From the IMG/VR virus record IMGVR_UViG_3300029982_000009: a stretch of 64,000 nt of DNA; one strand, written 5' to 3'. A program made the position numbers and the translations under genes. Shown piece after piece: positions 17,521-26,609 of this stretch. A model generated the notes under the pieces. That model saw only the letters and a program-made list of their open reading frames with translations. It made no database searches and was not told where the DNA came from. Each line of letters opens with the position of its first letter. The stretch's first letter is position 1. This stretch comes from a virus (lineage: Duplodnaviria > Caudoviricetes).

Positions 17521-17726
17521 ATTACAAAGCAAAAGTTAGGGAAATTTATCCCAAGGCAAATTGGATATTCGAGATTAGAACTTCTAACGGCGAACAAAAA
17601 ATTTTATTTAGGATTTTTTTAACTCCGACTCGATCTCTGTATCCGGCTGATAAAAACCTAGAACTTGCATGGAAAAATGCATATGAGCATTGCGAGCAAG
17701 AATTGTTAAAACGATTGGAGCAATAA
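17517..17726 (+). CDS. Small paralogue, IYPxA...AW family
   Basis: MNYKAKVREIYPKA...ELAWKNA...LLKRLEQ. Confidence 0.72.
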   Translation: MNYKAKVREIYPKANWIFEIRTSNGEQKILFRIFLTPTRSLYPADKNLELAWKNAYEHCEQELLKRLEQ

Positions 17727-17974
17727 TGTCTTCTCCGAAACAACGGATGATTAAAGAAAAAGTCGTTAAAATTTACCCTGATGCCAAATTGCGTCGCAAG
17801 TATGGAATATATTATCGAGTTTTTCGCTCGCCTATGCTAGATTCTTGGATGGAGGAACCAGGCCTATTAACTTTTTGCACCCCAATTGATGGTTGGTTCA
17901 GATCATCCGACAAGGCGTGGGAGTATGCCTGGAAAGAAATACAAACAGATTTAATTGAGAGGTTTGCATATTGA
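17726..17974 (+). CDS. Small paralogue, IYPxA...AW family
   Basis: KEKVVKIYPDAK...DKAWEYAW...LIERFAY; TAATG coupling. Confidence 0.7.
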   Translation: MSSPKQRMIKEKVVKIYPDAKLRRKYGIYYRVFRSPMLDSWMEEPGLLTFCTPIDGWFRSSDKAWEYAWKEIQTDLIERFAY

Positions 17975-18486
17975 AAAATATTTTTCTATCTTCAGATGCC
18001 CATTTTTCGCATCGTAACATTATTAAGTATTGCGATAGACCATTTTTTTATGTCGAAGAAATGAATGAGCGACTCATTCAGAACTGGAATGAGGTTGTTC
18101 GAAATGATGATGAAGTTTATTATTTAGGTGATTTTGGATTACACAGTCCTGAAGTGCTTATGCCATTTAGAAATCGATTAAATGGTAATTGGAAAATGTT
18201 TATCGGCGGCAATCATGATCGAAATTCATTATTGCAAAGTCCGGGACTAGCCGAGCAAGTAGTTAAATTCAGTGAGAAAAAAGTTGTTAATTTTGAACTA
18301 GACGGTATTCCTTTATGGTTAAGTCATTGCCCAGCAAATGTTCTACCTAACGATCCAATTAATCTTTACGGGCACACTCACGATCATGTTCCTATGCTAG
18401 CGGGTAACAACCGTAAAATTAACATTGGGGTTGACGCTTGGAATTTATATCCAGTAGCTTGGGAGCAAATTAAAGCCTTGCTATAA
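17971..18486 (+). CDS. Calcineurin-like metallophosphoesterase
   Basis: DAHFSH, LGDF, GNHD, GHTH motifs. Confidence 0.9.
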   Translation: MKNIFLSSDAHFSHRNIIKYCDRPFFYVEEMNERLIQNWNEVVRNDDEVYYLGDFGLHSPEVLMPFRNRLNGNWKMFIGGNHDRNSLLQSPGLAEQVVKFSEKKVVNFELDGIPLWLSHCPANVLPNDPINLYGHTHDHVPMLAGNNRKINIGVDAWNLYPVAWEQIKALL

Positions 18487-18488
18487 TT

Positions 18489-19097
18489 TTAGGAGCCCTC
18501 TTCAATATTAAAATAGTTAGATGCATCCTGAATATAATACCGACTTAACGCAAAATAATTTCCATGAATAATAATTTCATTGCCGGAGGCTAACGCTTCC
18601 GGCAAATTGTCGTGTCTAAAACCCAAATTCTTAATGAAAGTTAATGCTTCTTCATGTGTTGGAATATTTCCGCGTTTTGAAAATGGATTTCTCGGGGCAA
18701 TCCAATTATGTAATTCTTTTTGAACAAGTCGACTAATACCGATATCCGAAACATGCTGACTCCAAGTAAAAGAAAATCCATCCTCTGGAAAAATCAAATA
18801 TGGATTTCCGAATAGGTAGACTTCTGTTATATTTGGTGTGCAGCTTCTTGAATTTGATCTTAACGCGGTAAATCCGTTTGTTTTAAGAATATGATCCAGC
18901 ATCGCCTGCTCTTGTAATGATTGCCCTAGCGGCATTCTAGTATTAGGTGTCGCCGCATTAAAAAATGGTTTTCTTGTATCAATACCACGATATAAAAATG
19001 TATTAGCGGCTTTGACACCGGAAATAAATTCCTTACAGGAATCATTTATTCGGGTTAATGTATCATTTATACTGATTTCAAATTCGTCGGCTTTCAT
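18489..19097 (-). CDS. ADP-ribosyltransferase-like paralogue 1 (putative)
   Basis: FLYRG / ALRSNS..CT / FG..YLIFP..GF.FTWS / GNEI; late promoter 19103-19108. CDS solid, function inferred. Confidence 0.6.
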   Translation of the reverse strand: MKADEFEISINDTLTRINDSCKEFISGVKAANTFLYRGIDTRKPFFNAATPNTRMPLGQSLQEQAMLDHILKTNGFTALRSNSRSCTPNITEVYLFGNPYLIFPEDGFSFTWSQHVSDIGISRLVQKELHNWIAPRNPFSKRGNIPTHEEALTFIKNLGFRHDNLPEALASGNEIIIHGNYFALSRYYIQDASNYFNIEEGS

Positions 19098-19227
19098 GTA
19101 ATTATTTAGCTCGATTACGAGATAAGCCCGTATTGTTCTTAAGAGCCACGGATGTAGCGAGTTAGAATTAAGATATACCTTTTAAGCTCTTAATTGTTAT
19201 ATTTTTCATAAATGGCTAAATATATTT

Positions 19228-19415
19228 ATGTTCAAGTCATTCAAATATCGATTAACTCCAACCAAAGAACAAGAGAAAACTCTTGTGGAATGGCAAGGGC
19301 AGTTGAGATTTGTTTGGAATAATTTTCTTAAGCAAAATATTGATAGATATCAATTGGAAAAGAGATTCATCTTGGAAACAGGAAGCCACTTCTCTTTAGA
19401 GAAGTGGTAGTTCAC
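19228..19415 (+). mobile_element. tnpB: Internally deleted IS200/IS605 element: TnpB N-terminal HTH fragment plus right end
   Basis: KSFKYRLTPTKEQ...G..RFVWN matches the OrfB HTH; followed by GGAAG-CCACTTCTCT-TT-AGAGAAGTGG-TAGTTCAC hairpin typical of the IS605 right end. Confidence 0.8.
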
Positions 19416-19443
19416 CGAATTACCTCATCGCATAAATATCTAT

Positions 19444-20376
19444 ATGACAACTTTTCCAGAACTTAATCCAGGCGAAACGACAAGTTTTCCGAGAGGACAG
19501 GCCCCCGAAATTCAAGCCAATCTTTTTTCAACGTATTCTAGGGTTGATAGAAACAGACTTATACAAGTGTGCAAATTTATCGAAGAACATTGCTCCGAAT
19601 TTTTAGCATCGGCCAAAGCCGCCAATAGATTTTTATATCGAGGAATTAAAACTTATGATTCGCCTTCAAAAATTTTTTTAGGCAGCCCACGCAATGACCG
19701 ACGTTCTAGAGATACCGATCCAGCGGTTCAGTTAATAGTCGATGAATATTTAACATTGCAAGGATTTAAAGCACTACGATCAAATAGTATTTTTTGCACT
19801 GGAGAAGAGCAGAATGCGTTGACATATGGCGATCCATATATTATTTTTCCTATTAATGGATTTGAGTATACCTGGAGCCTAGAGCATCTTGATTGGGTTA
19901 TTCAACCGCGCTTCTTATCCCCGAATTATAGTGCCCTGCGAAATATTTTTAACGACATCTATTATAGTACCCGAGACGATACACACAAGGCAACCCTTGC
20001 AAATATTGCTATAAAAAATGCTGTGGAAATATATGTTAAGCCTTTTACGTGGGGCGGTAGCGGAGATGGCTATTTTTATGATCTTGCCCAGTTAAGAAAG
20101 TTTATGCAAATTGCTGCAAAATTATCGGCAACTGTTGAAGAAGTTCGTCATTATTTTACACCCGAATTAAGAGCAAAAATTAATAGACTAATATCAAATT
20201 CACTTAATCCAAAAATTGCATCCCAACAATTTGTCAAACTGAATAAATTATTGAAAACTCGGCTAGATACCGCGATTAAATTAGATCACGAAGTTATGAT
20301 TCACGGTTCGTACGTAGCAGTAGAGTCAAATAAATTTAATGAAGCATTGGGTCAATATTTTCTTAATATTAATTAG
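19444..20376 (+). CDS. ADP-ribosyltransferase-like paralogue 2 (with large insertion)
   Basis: FLYRG / ALRSNSIFCT / YGDPYIIFPINGFEYTWS / DHEVMIHG; TAAATA at 19433-19438. Confidence 0.6.
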   Translation: MTTFPELNPGETTSFPRGQAPEIQANLFSTYSRVDRNRLIQVCKFIEEHCSEFLASAKAANRFLYRGIKTYDSPSKIFLGSPRNDRRSRDTDPAVQLIVDEYLTLQGFKALRSNSIFCTGEEQNALTYGDPYIIFPINGFEYTWSLEHLDWVIQPRFLSPNYSALRNIFNDIYYSTRDDTHKATLANIAIKNAVEIYVKPFTWGGSGDGYFYDLAQLRKFMQIAAKLSATVEEVRHYFTPELRAKINRLISNSLNPKIASQQFVKLNKLLKTRLDTAIKLDHEVMIHGSYVAVESNKFNEALGQYFLNIN

Positions 20377-21062
20377 GGCCGCCTACCAGAAAGTTTTGGA
20401 TATTTTCTACCTATTCCCGCAATAGCTTTTGTTTTAACACCCTTCATAATAGATTGCGCTTCTGGACTATTTGGAGACAGCAGGAAATTATTTAATTTTC
20501 TGCGGGCAATATCTAGATCTTGATCAATCATATTTTCATTATTCTGTACTAACGAAAAATATCGCCCAAATAATAATTCATATAATGCTATATTCTGTTT
20601 AACAGAAGAATATGCTTCCTGGAAATAATCAAGGTCTACTTTGCGTTTATCTGCACGATCTAGTGCCGTTTGATATCTTGATTCTATTCTCGCTCTTGCA
20701 ATAGATTCGTCAACGTCTACAAATATCATGAATGTTTGATAATAACATTCTTTTAATTTTTTGTTCAATCGAATTATTACGTCTGCATTTCTTCCGGTAG
20801 TATTAATAATTAATCCTAAATAATCATTGGCCCATAGATTAAAACGTTTTTCGGTAGTTTTACCGGCTGTCTCATAATCTGATAATGTTTTTAAATGTAG
20901 TTTGGTTCGATCTATATCTAATTGTTTGAATCCTCGGGTCTCGAGACCAAATTCTTTTTCAATGGTAGTTTTTCCACTACCGGGCGACCCGACTAAAAAT
21001 ATAGCCTTAAAGTTAAAATTATCGTGGACGCCCTCATTTAAAATCGCTTCAGATATTTTCAT
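20373..21062 (-). CDS. P-loop kinase (AAA_33/zeta-toxin-like) with MKISE leader
   Basis: KAIFLVGSPGSGKTT, LDID, INTTG; late promoter 21068-21073. Confidence 0.75.
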   Translation of the reverse strand: MKISEAILNEGVHDNFNFKAIFLVGSPGSGKTTIEKEFGLETRGFKQLDIDRTKLHLKTLSDYETAGKTTEKRFNLWANDYLGLIINTTGRNADVIIRLNKKLKECYYQTFMIFVDVDESIARARIESRYQTALDRADKRKVDLDYFQEAYSSVKQNIALYELLFGRYFSLVQNNENMIDQDLDIARRKLNNFLLSPNSPEAQSIMKGVKTKAIAGIGRKYPKLSGRRP

Positions 21063-21075
21063 ATTAATATTTAGT

Positions 21076-21744
21076 CTAGTCTGTTATGCCAAAATATTTT
21101 CTAGCTGCCTCGCCATACAACGACCCACTAATAGCGATGTATTGGCCATTGATTATTATTTCGTTTCCAATTCTAAGAGCCATATCAAAATGCTTATTGC
21201 CGAAAAATTCCCATTTATCAACAAATTTTTTAGCTTCATCACGGGTGATAGCATCTATTCTTCTCGAATCATTAAAATCTTTTAGTTCCCAATATAGATT
21301 GGAATTACTTCCGATATCCTTAATTCTTGCACTCCAGGTAAAATTAAAACCTGTCAACGGAAAAATTAAATAAGTTGCTCCAAATGACATTTCCACTTTC
21401 GACGTGGTACAAATAGAATTTTTTCGTAGGGCGGGAAAGTTATTCAATTCAAATATATGATCCAAGAGTTGTTGTCCATATGGGCTAGCCCATATGGACA
21501 ACCTACTTATGGGTGTAAGCCCGTGGAAAATAACAGGCCGGTTACTGATACCTCCAATACCCCGATATAAAAAGGTATTATTCTTCTGCATAATAGGTAG
21601 TACATCACAATGTGTTGTTATAAAATCGAGAACTTTTTCTAATTTTTCTGAGTTGTAATTTTTAATGCCACCGTAGTTATCGGCCCAGTCATCTACTGTA
21701 CTGGTATTAATGTCACTCGGATTTATTATTTCGTATATTTTCAT
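21076..21744 (-). CDS. ADP-ribosyltransferase-like paralogue 3
   Basis: MKIYEI leader; FLYRG / ALRKNSICTT / IFP..GFNFTWS / GNEI. Confidence 0.6.
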   Translation of the reverse strand: MKIYEIINPSDINTSTVDDWADNYGGIKNYNSEKLEKVLDFITTHCDVLPIMQKNNTFLYRGIGGISNRPVIFHGLTPISRLSIWASPYGQQLLDHIFELNNFPALRKNSICTTSKVEMSFGATYLIFPLTGFNFTWSARIKDIGSNSNLYWELKDFNDSRRIDAITRDEAKKFVDKWEFFGNKHFDMALRIGNEIIINGQYIAISGSLYGEAARKYFGITD

Positions 21745-21749
21745 TGTAC

Positions 21750-22424
21750 CTAGCCTGTTATCCCAAAATATTCTTTAACTGCATAGATATATGGATAATC
21801 TGATGATTTAATAGCAACATATTGCCCATTAATTGTAATTTCATTACCTACCCAAAGAGCTTGATCGAAATTATTATTTCGAAAGTCCCACTTTTTAATA
21901 AATTTATTTGCGGCATCCTGGTCTAATCGATTAATTCCTATATAGGAATTATATAATTTTTTCAGCTCATTATAAATTTCATTATTACCACCTACATCTT
22001 TTATAATTTTGCTCCAGGTAAAATTAAATCCATTCACCGGAAAAATATAATATATTTTTCCAAAATTTACATATTCATCGGGTTTGGTAGTTGCACATAT
22101 TGAATTTCTTCTTAATGAAATAAATCCTGTTAGCTTAAATATTTTATCTAATATCCATTGTTGATCTTTTCCCATACCATACGGTTCCCGCGTAACCGGG
22201 GTCGCCCCCAGAAAAATAGTCGGCGAGGGCGCGTTAATTCCGCGATATAAAAATTTATTCTTTGATTGCATATCTTTTACGGCCTGACTACAATGTTTAG
22301 ATATAAATTCGAAAACATGTTCCAATTTTTCTTGCTCGTAATTTTTAAAACCACCAAACCCGTTGGTCCAAACATCGAGGTTATCCTCGTCTTCAATTGG
22401 TTTCAATAATTCGAATATTTTCAT
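21750..22424 (-). CDS. ADP-ribosyltransferase-like paralogue 4
   Basis: MKIFEL leader; FLYRG / SLRRNSICAT / IFPVNGFNFTWS / GNEI. Confidence 0.6.
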   Translation of the reverse strand: MKIFELLKPIEDEDNLDVWTNGFGGFKNYEQEKLEHVFEFISKHCSQAVKDMQSKNKFLYRGINAPSPTIFLGATPVTREPYGMGKDQQWILDKIFKLTGFISLRRNSICATTKPDEYVNFGKIYYIFPVNGFNFTWSKIIKDVGGNNEIYNELKKLYNSYIGINRLDQDAANKFIKKWDFRNNNFDQALWVGNEITINGQYVAIKSSDYPYIYAVKEYFGITG

Positions 22425-23071
22425 TATATTCCTATACCAAATCGTTTTACTAGTTCGGTATGATACTTATCGGCCAATGCGATATATTGACCATGAATAG
22501 TAATTTCATTTTTACTGTGCAGAGCCATTGCAAAATTATTTTTTGAGAATTGCCAGTATTTAACAAATTTTTTTGGAGAACTAACTAGCTTTTCGCGTGC
22601 CAACGAACTTGCCAATTCGTTATTTGCTCCAATATCTTCAATTTTTGGACTCCATGTAAAATCAAAACCCTTAACGGGAAAAATATGATATAATTTACCG
22701 AATCCGTATAAATCTGTATTGCTGCCCGTGCAACAGATGCTATTTGAGCGTAATGAAGAAAATCCACACTGTTGTAATATTTTATCTAACAGCGGTTGAT
22801 CATATTCCGCGCTGTATGATTCACGCGCTGTCGGCGTTATACCATGAAATACATTGGGTACGCCAACATCATACCCTATTCGACGATATAAAAATGTTTG
22901 CGTATCTTGCATGGCTGTAACAGCTTTTTTACAGTGCTTATCAATAAAATTCATTATTTCTCTAGTAGGAGAGTTGTATACTTTTTGCCCGCCATGCGTT
23001 TCATCCCATAAGTCATCCGGATTCTCTTTTTCAAAATCTTTAAATGGTTTCATTAATTTATTTAGTCGCAT
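22424..23071 (-). CDS. ADP-ribosyltransferase-like paralogue 5
   Basis: Start moved to MRLNKL (23071) behind TAAATA at 23076-23081; FLYRR / SLRSNSICCT / KNEI. Confidence 0.6.
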   Translation of the reverse strand: MRLNKLMKPFKDFEKENPDDLWDETHGGQKVYNSPTREIMNFIDKHCKKAVTAMQDTQTFLYRRIGYDVGVPNVFHGITPTARESYSAEYDQPLLDKILQQCGFSSLRSNSICCTGSNTDLYGFGKLYHIFPVKGFDFTWSPKIEDIGANNELASSLAREKLVSSPKKFVKYWQFSKNNFAMALHSKNEITIHGQYIALADKYHTELVKRFGIGI

Positions 23072-23117
23072 ATTATATTTATTGACTTTTATTAGAAATA
23101 TAATGTATAATAAAAAC

Positions 23118-23663
23118 ATGAAGAATTATACAAATATTATGCTCGATCTCGAGACCTGTGGAACTATTCCAAATGCGAAAGTATTATCAATTTCTGCGGT
23201 AGCATTTGATCCGTTTGATTATACAGCAGATTTATCAGATAATCCAACCTTAGATTTATTGCTGTCTTTAGACGATCAGGAGAATCGTTATGAAGATCCC
23301 GCAACTCTAGAGTGGTGGGCCAAGCAAGATCCATCGGTTATTGAAAAGATTTTCAGCGATACCGGACGGGTATCAGTTGAACATGCACTAGCCCAGTTAA
23401 CCAAATTTGTATGGAATAAGGACCGACTTTGGGCACAAGGAATCGCAGTTGATTTTCCAATGCTTGATAATTTATATCGAGAACACAGCAAGAATATTCC
23501 TTGGCAGTATTGGCGTGTAACAGATAGCAGAACATTACGTGCATTGACGACTACACAAGAATATCCGGCTAGTCATGACTCGCTCGACGATTGCCGTCAG
23601 CAAATTAGAGCAGTCACAGAAGCATTGCATAAATTGGGTGTTGAAGAATTTTCCCGCAAGTAA
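23118..23663 (+). CDS. 3'-5' exo(ribo)nuclease, DEDDh family
   Basis: IMLDLETCGT, AQGIAVD, RVTDSRT, HDSLDDC; sigma70-like promoter 23082-23111. Confidence 0.85.
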   Translation: MKNYTNIMLDLETCGTIPNAKVLSISAVAFDPFDYTADLSDNPTLDLLLSLDDQENRYEDPATLEWWAKQDPSVIEKIFSDTGRVSVEHALAQLTKFVWNKDRLWAQGIAVDFPMLDNLYREHSKNIPWQYWRVTDSRTLRALTTTQEYPASHDSLDDCRQQIRAVTEALHKLGVEEFSRK

Positions 23664-23680
23664 TTTGCTATATAAGACAA

Positions 23681-23712
23681 GTGAAGGAGCCAATTGGCTC
23701 CTTCCTTAGTCT
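23681..23712. terminator. Bidirectional terminator
   Basis: GAAGGAGCCAATTGGCTCCTTC palindrome between convergent genes. Confidence 0.7.
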
Positions 23713-24428
23713 GTGACTTTAATTCCGTTTGGCCCTAGATTTCCGCTAACGCCTATTTTTGATAACTCTAAGGTATTAGGATGATTGCCGAAATATCTGA
23801 ACAATAGGTGCTCAATATCTTTATATTGTCCAATTTCTAATGCACTACTAAATTCTTCTAACATTAGATTATACCGATAAAAGACCAACGCTGTTCGATC
23901 AGCCGGCCAACTCCACAATCTCGACATAAACTGAAAATTTAACCCACCGGTAACCTGTGCTGGAAATTGGCTATTTCTTCGGGCGGCAAACATATATTTG
24001 TTCCTATGTTCAAACGTTTCCACTGAGAACCCGTCGGATAAAAAATACCTTCCACTCAATTTAAATACTCGATCAATATTTTCTAATAATTTCGGCCGGC
24101 TAACTACAAAATCTAAGGTCTTACCAGTTACAAGTAATTCTGTATACGATTTTACAACATCCCAATTATCGGTTGATTTATAAATTTGTTGAACCTGGAT
24201 ATCGGTATTATAATTAATAAGTCCTAATAGATACGGTTTAAGAATTGCAGATTCTTCTTCTGTAATACTGCTTTCCCCACTGCTTTCGGAAAGAATAATT
24301 TGCGCATCGGGAATTTTATCTTTCACACTTTTTAATGTATTAATAGTTTGCTCTAATCGTTGTTCGGCAGAATAGACACCATGCTTGGTATGCAATGCGC
24401 TACCGATTAAAAATAAAGTTTTGATCAT
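23706..24428 (-). CDS. Putative glycosyltransferase-like protein
   Basis: R..QT..T..S, FKLSGRY and DIEH motifs resemble GT-A-like phage proteins. Confidence 0.5.
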   Translation of the reverse strand: MIKTLFLIGSALHTKHGVYSAEQRLEQTINTLKSVKDKIPDAQIILSESSGESSITEEESAILKPYLLGLINYNTDIQVQQIYKSTDNWDVVKSYTELLVTGKTLDFVVSRPKLLENIDRVFKLSGRYFLSDGFSVETFEHRNKYMFAARRNSQFPAQVTGGLNFQFMSRLWSWPADRTALVFYRYNLMLEEFSSALEIGQYKDIEHLLFRYFGNHPNTLELSKIGVSGNLGPNGIKVTD

Positions 24429-24429
24429 A

Positions 24430-25269
24430 TTACTCCAAATTGAAAAGATATGGATTAGCCTGCGCCAATCGATTTCTATAAAAAATATAATGTTCTAATA
24501 ATTCATGGCGCCCACCGGAGATTGCCGCGGTTTTTATGTCGGACAACGAGCGCAGTTCATCTAAGATATGAGGCGGCAATTTTGTTTTATTTAGTAATTC
24601 ATCCCGTGTATAACGGTAATGTTCTACCTTTATATTATGATTTGTATTAATAAAGACACTAAACAGCCGTTCTACGACAAAGGTAAAATAAGGGAGTGCG
24701 GCGTTAGGTCCATAATGAGCGGCGGTTTTAAACATCATATCGTAATCGGCTGAATCCGTTTTTACCATATCGATAAAAAACTTTAAAAAATCAATATACT
24801 GTTTCCAAAATATTTTATTTCCAACAAAATAATTACAAAGCGCGAATGTCTCTGAATCCATCCAAAGTTTATTTAAATCTACAGATATGTGCATCTTATT
24901 AAGATTTCGTTGAATCAAATCTTTTAGTCCGGGATGACAATTCTCGCCTTGAGTAATTACACTAGGAGATAGACTTTCATTAATCGGAGTTGGATTAATA
25001 AAATAGACATCGGCTCGATTCGGATCTATTTCGATAAAATCGATAAATTGCTGGCCAGTAATATTAGTCTTTGCTTCAAACTTTGGACTAACAAATCCCC
25101 ATAGATCTAATCCGTGCTGTAATGCATATGTCTGTCCTGGTTCAAAAGATTGGTATTCACATAATTCGGGATGCAAATTTTCTAAATTATTATAGGGAAC
25201 AAACGGCAATTTAACTTTTTCCAGTTGTTCCTTTAGATAACATATTTGATATACTTGTATTTTGCTCAT
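24430..25269 (-). CDS. Putative glycosyltransferase-like protein
   Basis: VYQICY, WGFVSPKF, CNYFVG, ERLF motifs; paired with the previous gene. Confidence 0.45.
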   Translation of the reverse strand: MSKIQVYQICYLKEQLEKVKLPFVPYNNLENLHPELCEYQSFEPGQTYALQHGLDLWGFVSPKFEAKTNITGQQFIDFIEIDPNRADVYFINPTPINESLSPSVITQGENCHPGLKDLIQRNLNKMHISVDLNKLWMDSETFALCNYFVGNKIFWKQYIDFLKFFIDMVKTDSADYDMMFKTAAHYGPNAALPYFTFVVERLFSVFINTNHNIKVEHYRYTRDELLNKTKLPPHILDELRSLSDIKTAAISGGRHELLEHYIFYRNRLAQANPYLFNLE

Positions 25270-25302
25270 GTAATATTATAGCACATTGAAATAAATACTT
25301 AT

Positions 25303-26013
25303 ATGAAAATTGCAGAATTATTATTTGAGGGTGGTAATGCCTTTGTTGGCGACTTAGCTGTAATTCGTATTGCTAGAGCCCAAGTAAAACCTACGGTCGC
25401 TTTTCTAGAGGGTATTACCGGTCTCTCGCTTTTGAATAACATGCTCGGATCAACGGGTATTAAAGAAACGAGTGGAGATATCGATCTAGCAGTTGATAGG
25501 TCGGAAATAACTAAAGATGAATTATTAGTTACTATCAGACAATGGACAGATGCTCATAATATGACGGCCGTTATGCCTGCAAAAAAATTAGGCAGTAGTG
25601 TAACGATGCGTTGCCCGATCTCTGGCAACCCGAAAAATGGTTTCGTTCAGGTAGATTTAATGTTTGTATCCGACATTGAATTTGCGAGATGGGCAATTCG
25701 TGCGAATCCTGATAGTAAATATAAAAATCTAGTAAAGAATAAGCTATTATATAATCTTGCAAAGTCGATGAATTTACGATATCAAGAGCAGGAAGGATTA
25801 ACTACTCTTGACACAAAGAAACTTCTTAAAAATGGCAATAATCCAGATTTCATTGCGAAAAAATTATTGAATGCTAAAGCAACGAGAAAAGATATTGAGT
25901 CAGTTGAAAGTATAATGGCTGCATTGAAAAATGATCCTAAAAAAGAGGAAAAACTTCGATTTGCTTATCCTGCGGTATTGGCAGAAGTCGGAGTTGATTT
26001 GAGATCGATATGA
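25303..26013 (+). CDS. Pol-beta-superfamily nucleotidyltransferase with MKIAEL leader
   Basis: LGSTG-x4-SGDIDL and VQVDLM third aspartate; ATAAATA at 25291-25297. Confidence 0.75.
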   Translation: MKIAELLFEGGNAFVGDLAVIRIARAQVKPTVAFLEGITGLSLLNNMLGSTGIKETSGDIDLAVDRSEITKDELLVTIRQWTDAHNMTAVMPAKKLGSSVTMRCPISGNPKNGFVQVDLMFVSDIEFARWAIRANPDSKYKNLVKNKLLYNLAKSMNLRYQEQEGLTTLDTKKLLKNGNNPDFIAKKLLNAKATRKDIESVESIMAALKNDPKKEEKLRFAYPAVLAEVGVDLRSI

Positions 26014-26597
26014 AAATATGCGAAATTGAGAACTCAACTCCTCTGGAACGATTGGAGATGGCAGAAATGGTAGCAAATAATATTCAAGACAATTGTTCTA
26101 CGGCTATCAAGTCATTTAATGTATGTCAGAATCTTTTGTTTTCCGGAATTTATAACCACACCGAATTTTCATTTACCAGCCACTCGCCGGAACATAGAAC
26201 GCCCAGAGGTATGTCAAAAGAGCAACAACTCTATCTTGATTCATGCCTAAGAATAATGGGGTTTACTGCATTACGAAGTAATAGTATGTTTTGCATTGCC
26301 GATTATATGCAAGCTAAAAATTTTGGAGAATTGTATATAATTTTTCCTTGTGATGGATTCTCGTTTACATGGAGTAAGAAACGAAAATATATGTCCTGGA
26401 TTAATACCCCGCATGGTCCTTTACTTGCTAGCAGAGCTGATGCGTCGGCAACAATTTCTATTTTTGGATTAAAGAATAAAAATTTTGTCAATGCGGTTAA
26501 CTCGGGGAATGAAATATTAATACATGGTGACTATTATGCGTTGAAAGTATATACAGATGGCGCCGCACGGGTTTTGAAAAAATTAGGTATATTCTAG
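26010..26597 (+). CDS. ADP-ribosyltransferase-like paralogue 6
   Basis: MKICEI leader; LFSG / ALRSNSMFC / IIFPCDGFSFTWS / GNEILIHG. Confidence 0.58.
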   Translation: MKICEIENSTPLERLEMAEMVANNIQDNCSTAIKSFNVCQNLLFSGIYNHTEFSFTSHSPEHRTPRGMSKEQQLYLDSCLRIMGFTALRSNSMFCIADYMQAKNFGELYIIFPCDGFSFTWSKKRKYMSWINTPHGPLLASRADASATISIFGLKNKNFVNAVNSGNEILIHGDYYALKVYTDGAARVLKKLGIF

Positions 26598-26609
26598 GTA
26601 AATACTAAT

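Noticed and set aside
19121-19415. Intact IS200/IS605 element or active TnpB
   Set aside because: No RuvC or zinc-finger region and no TnpA; only the HTH fragment and right end remain.
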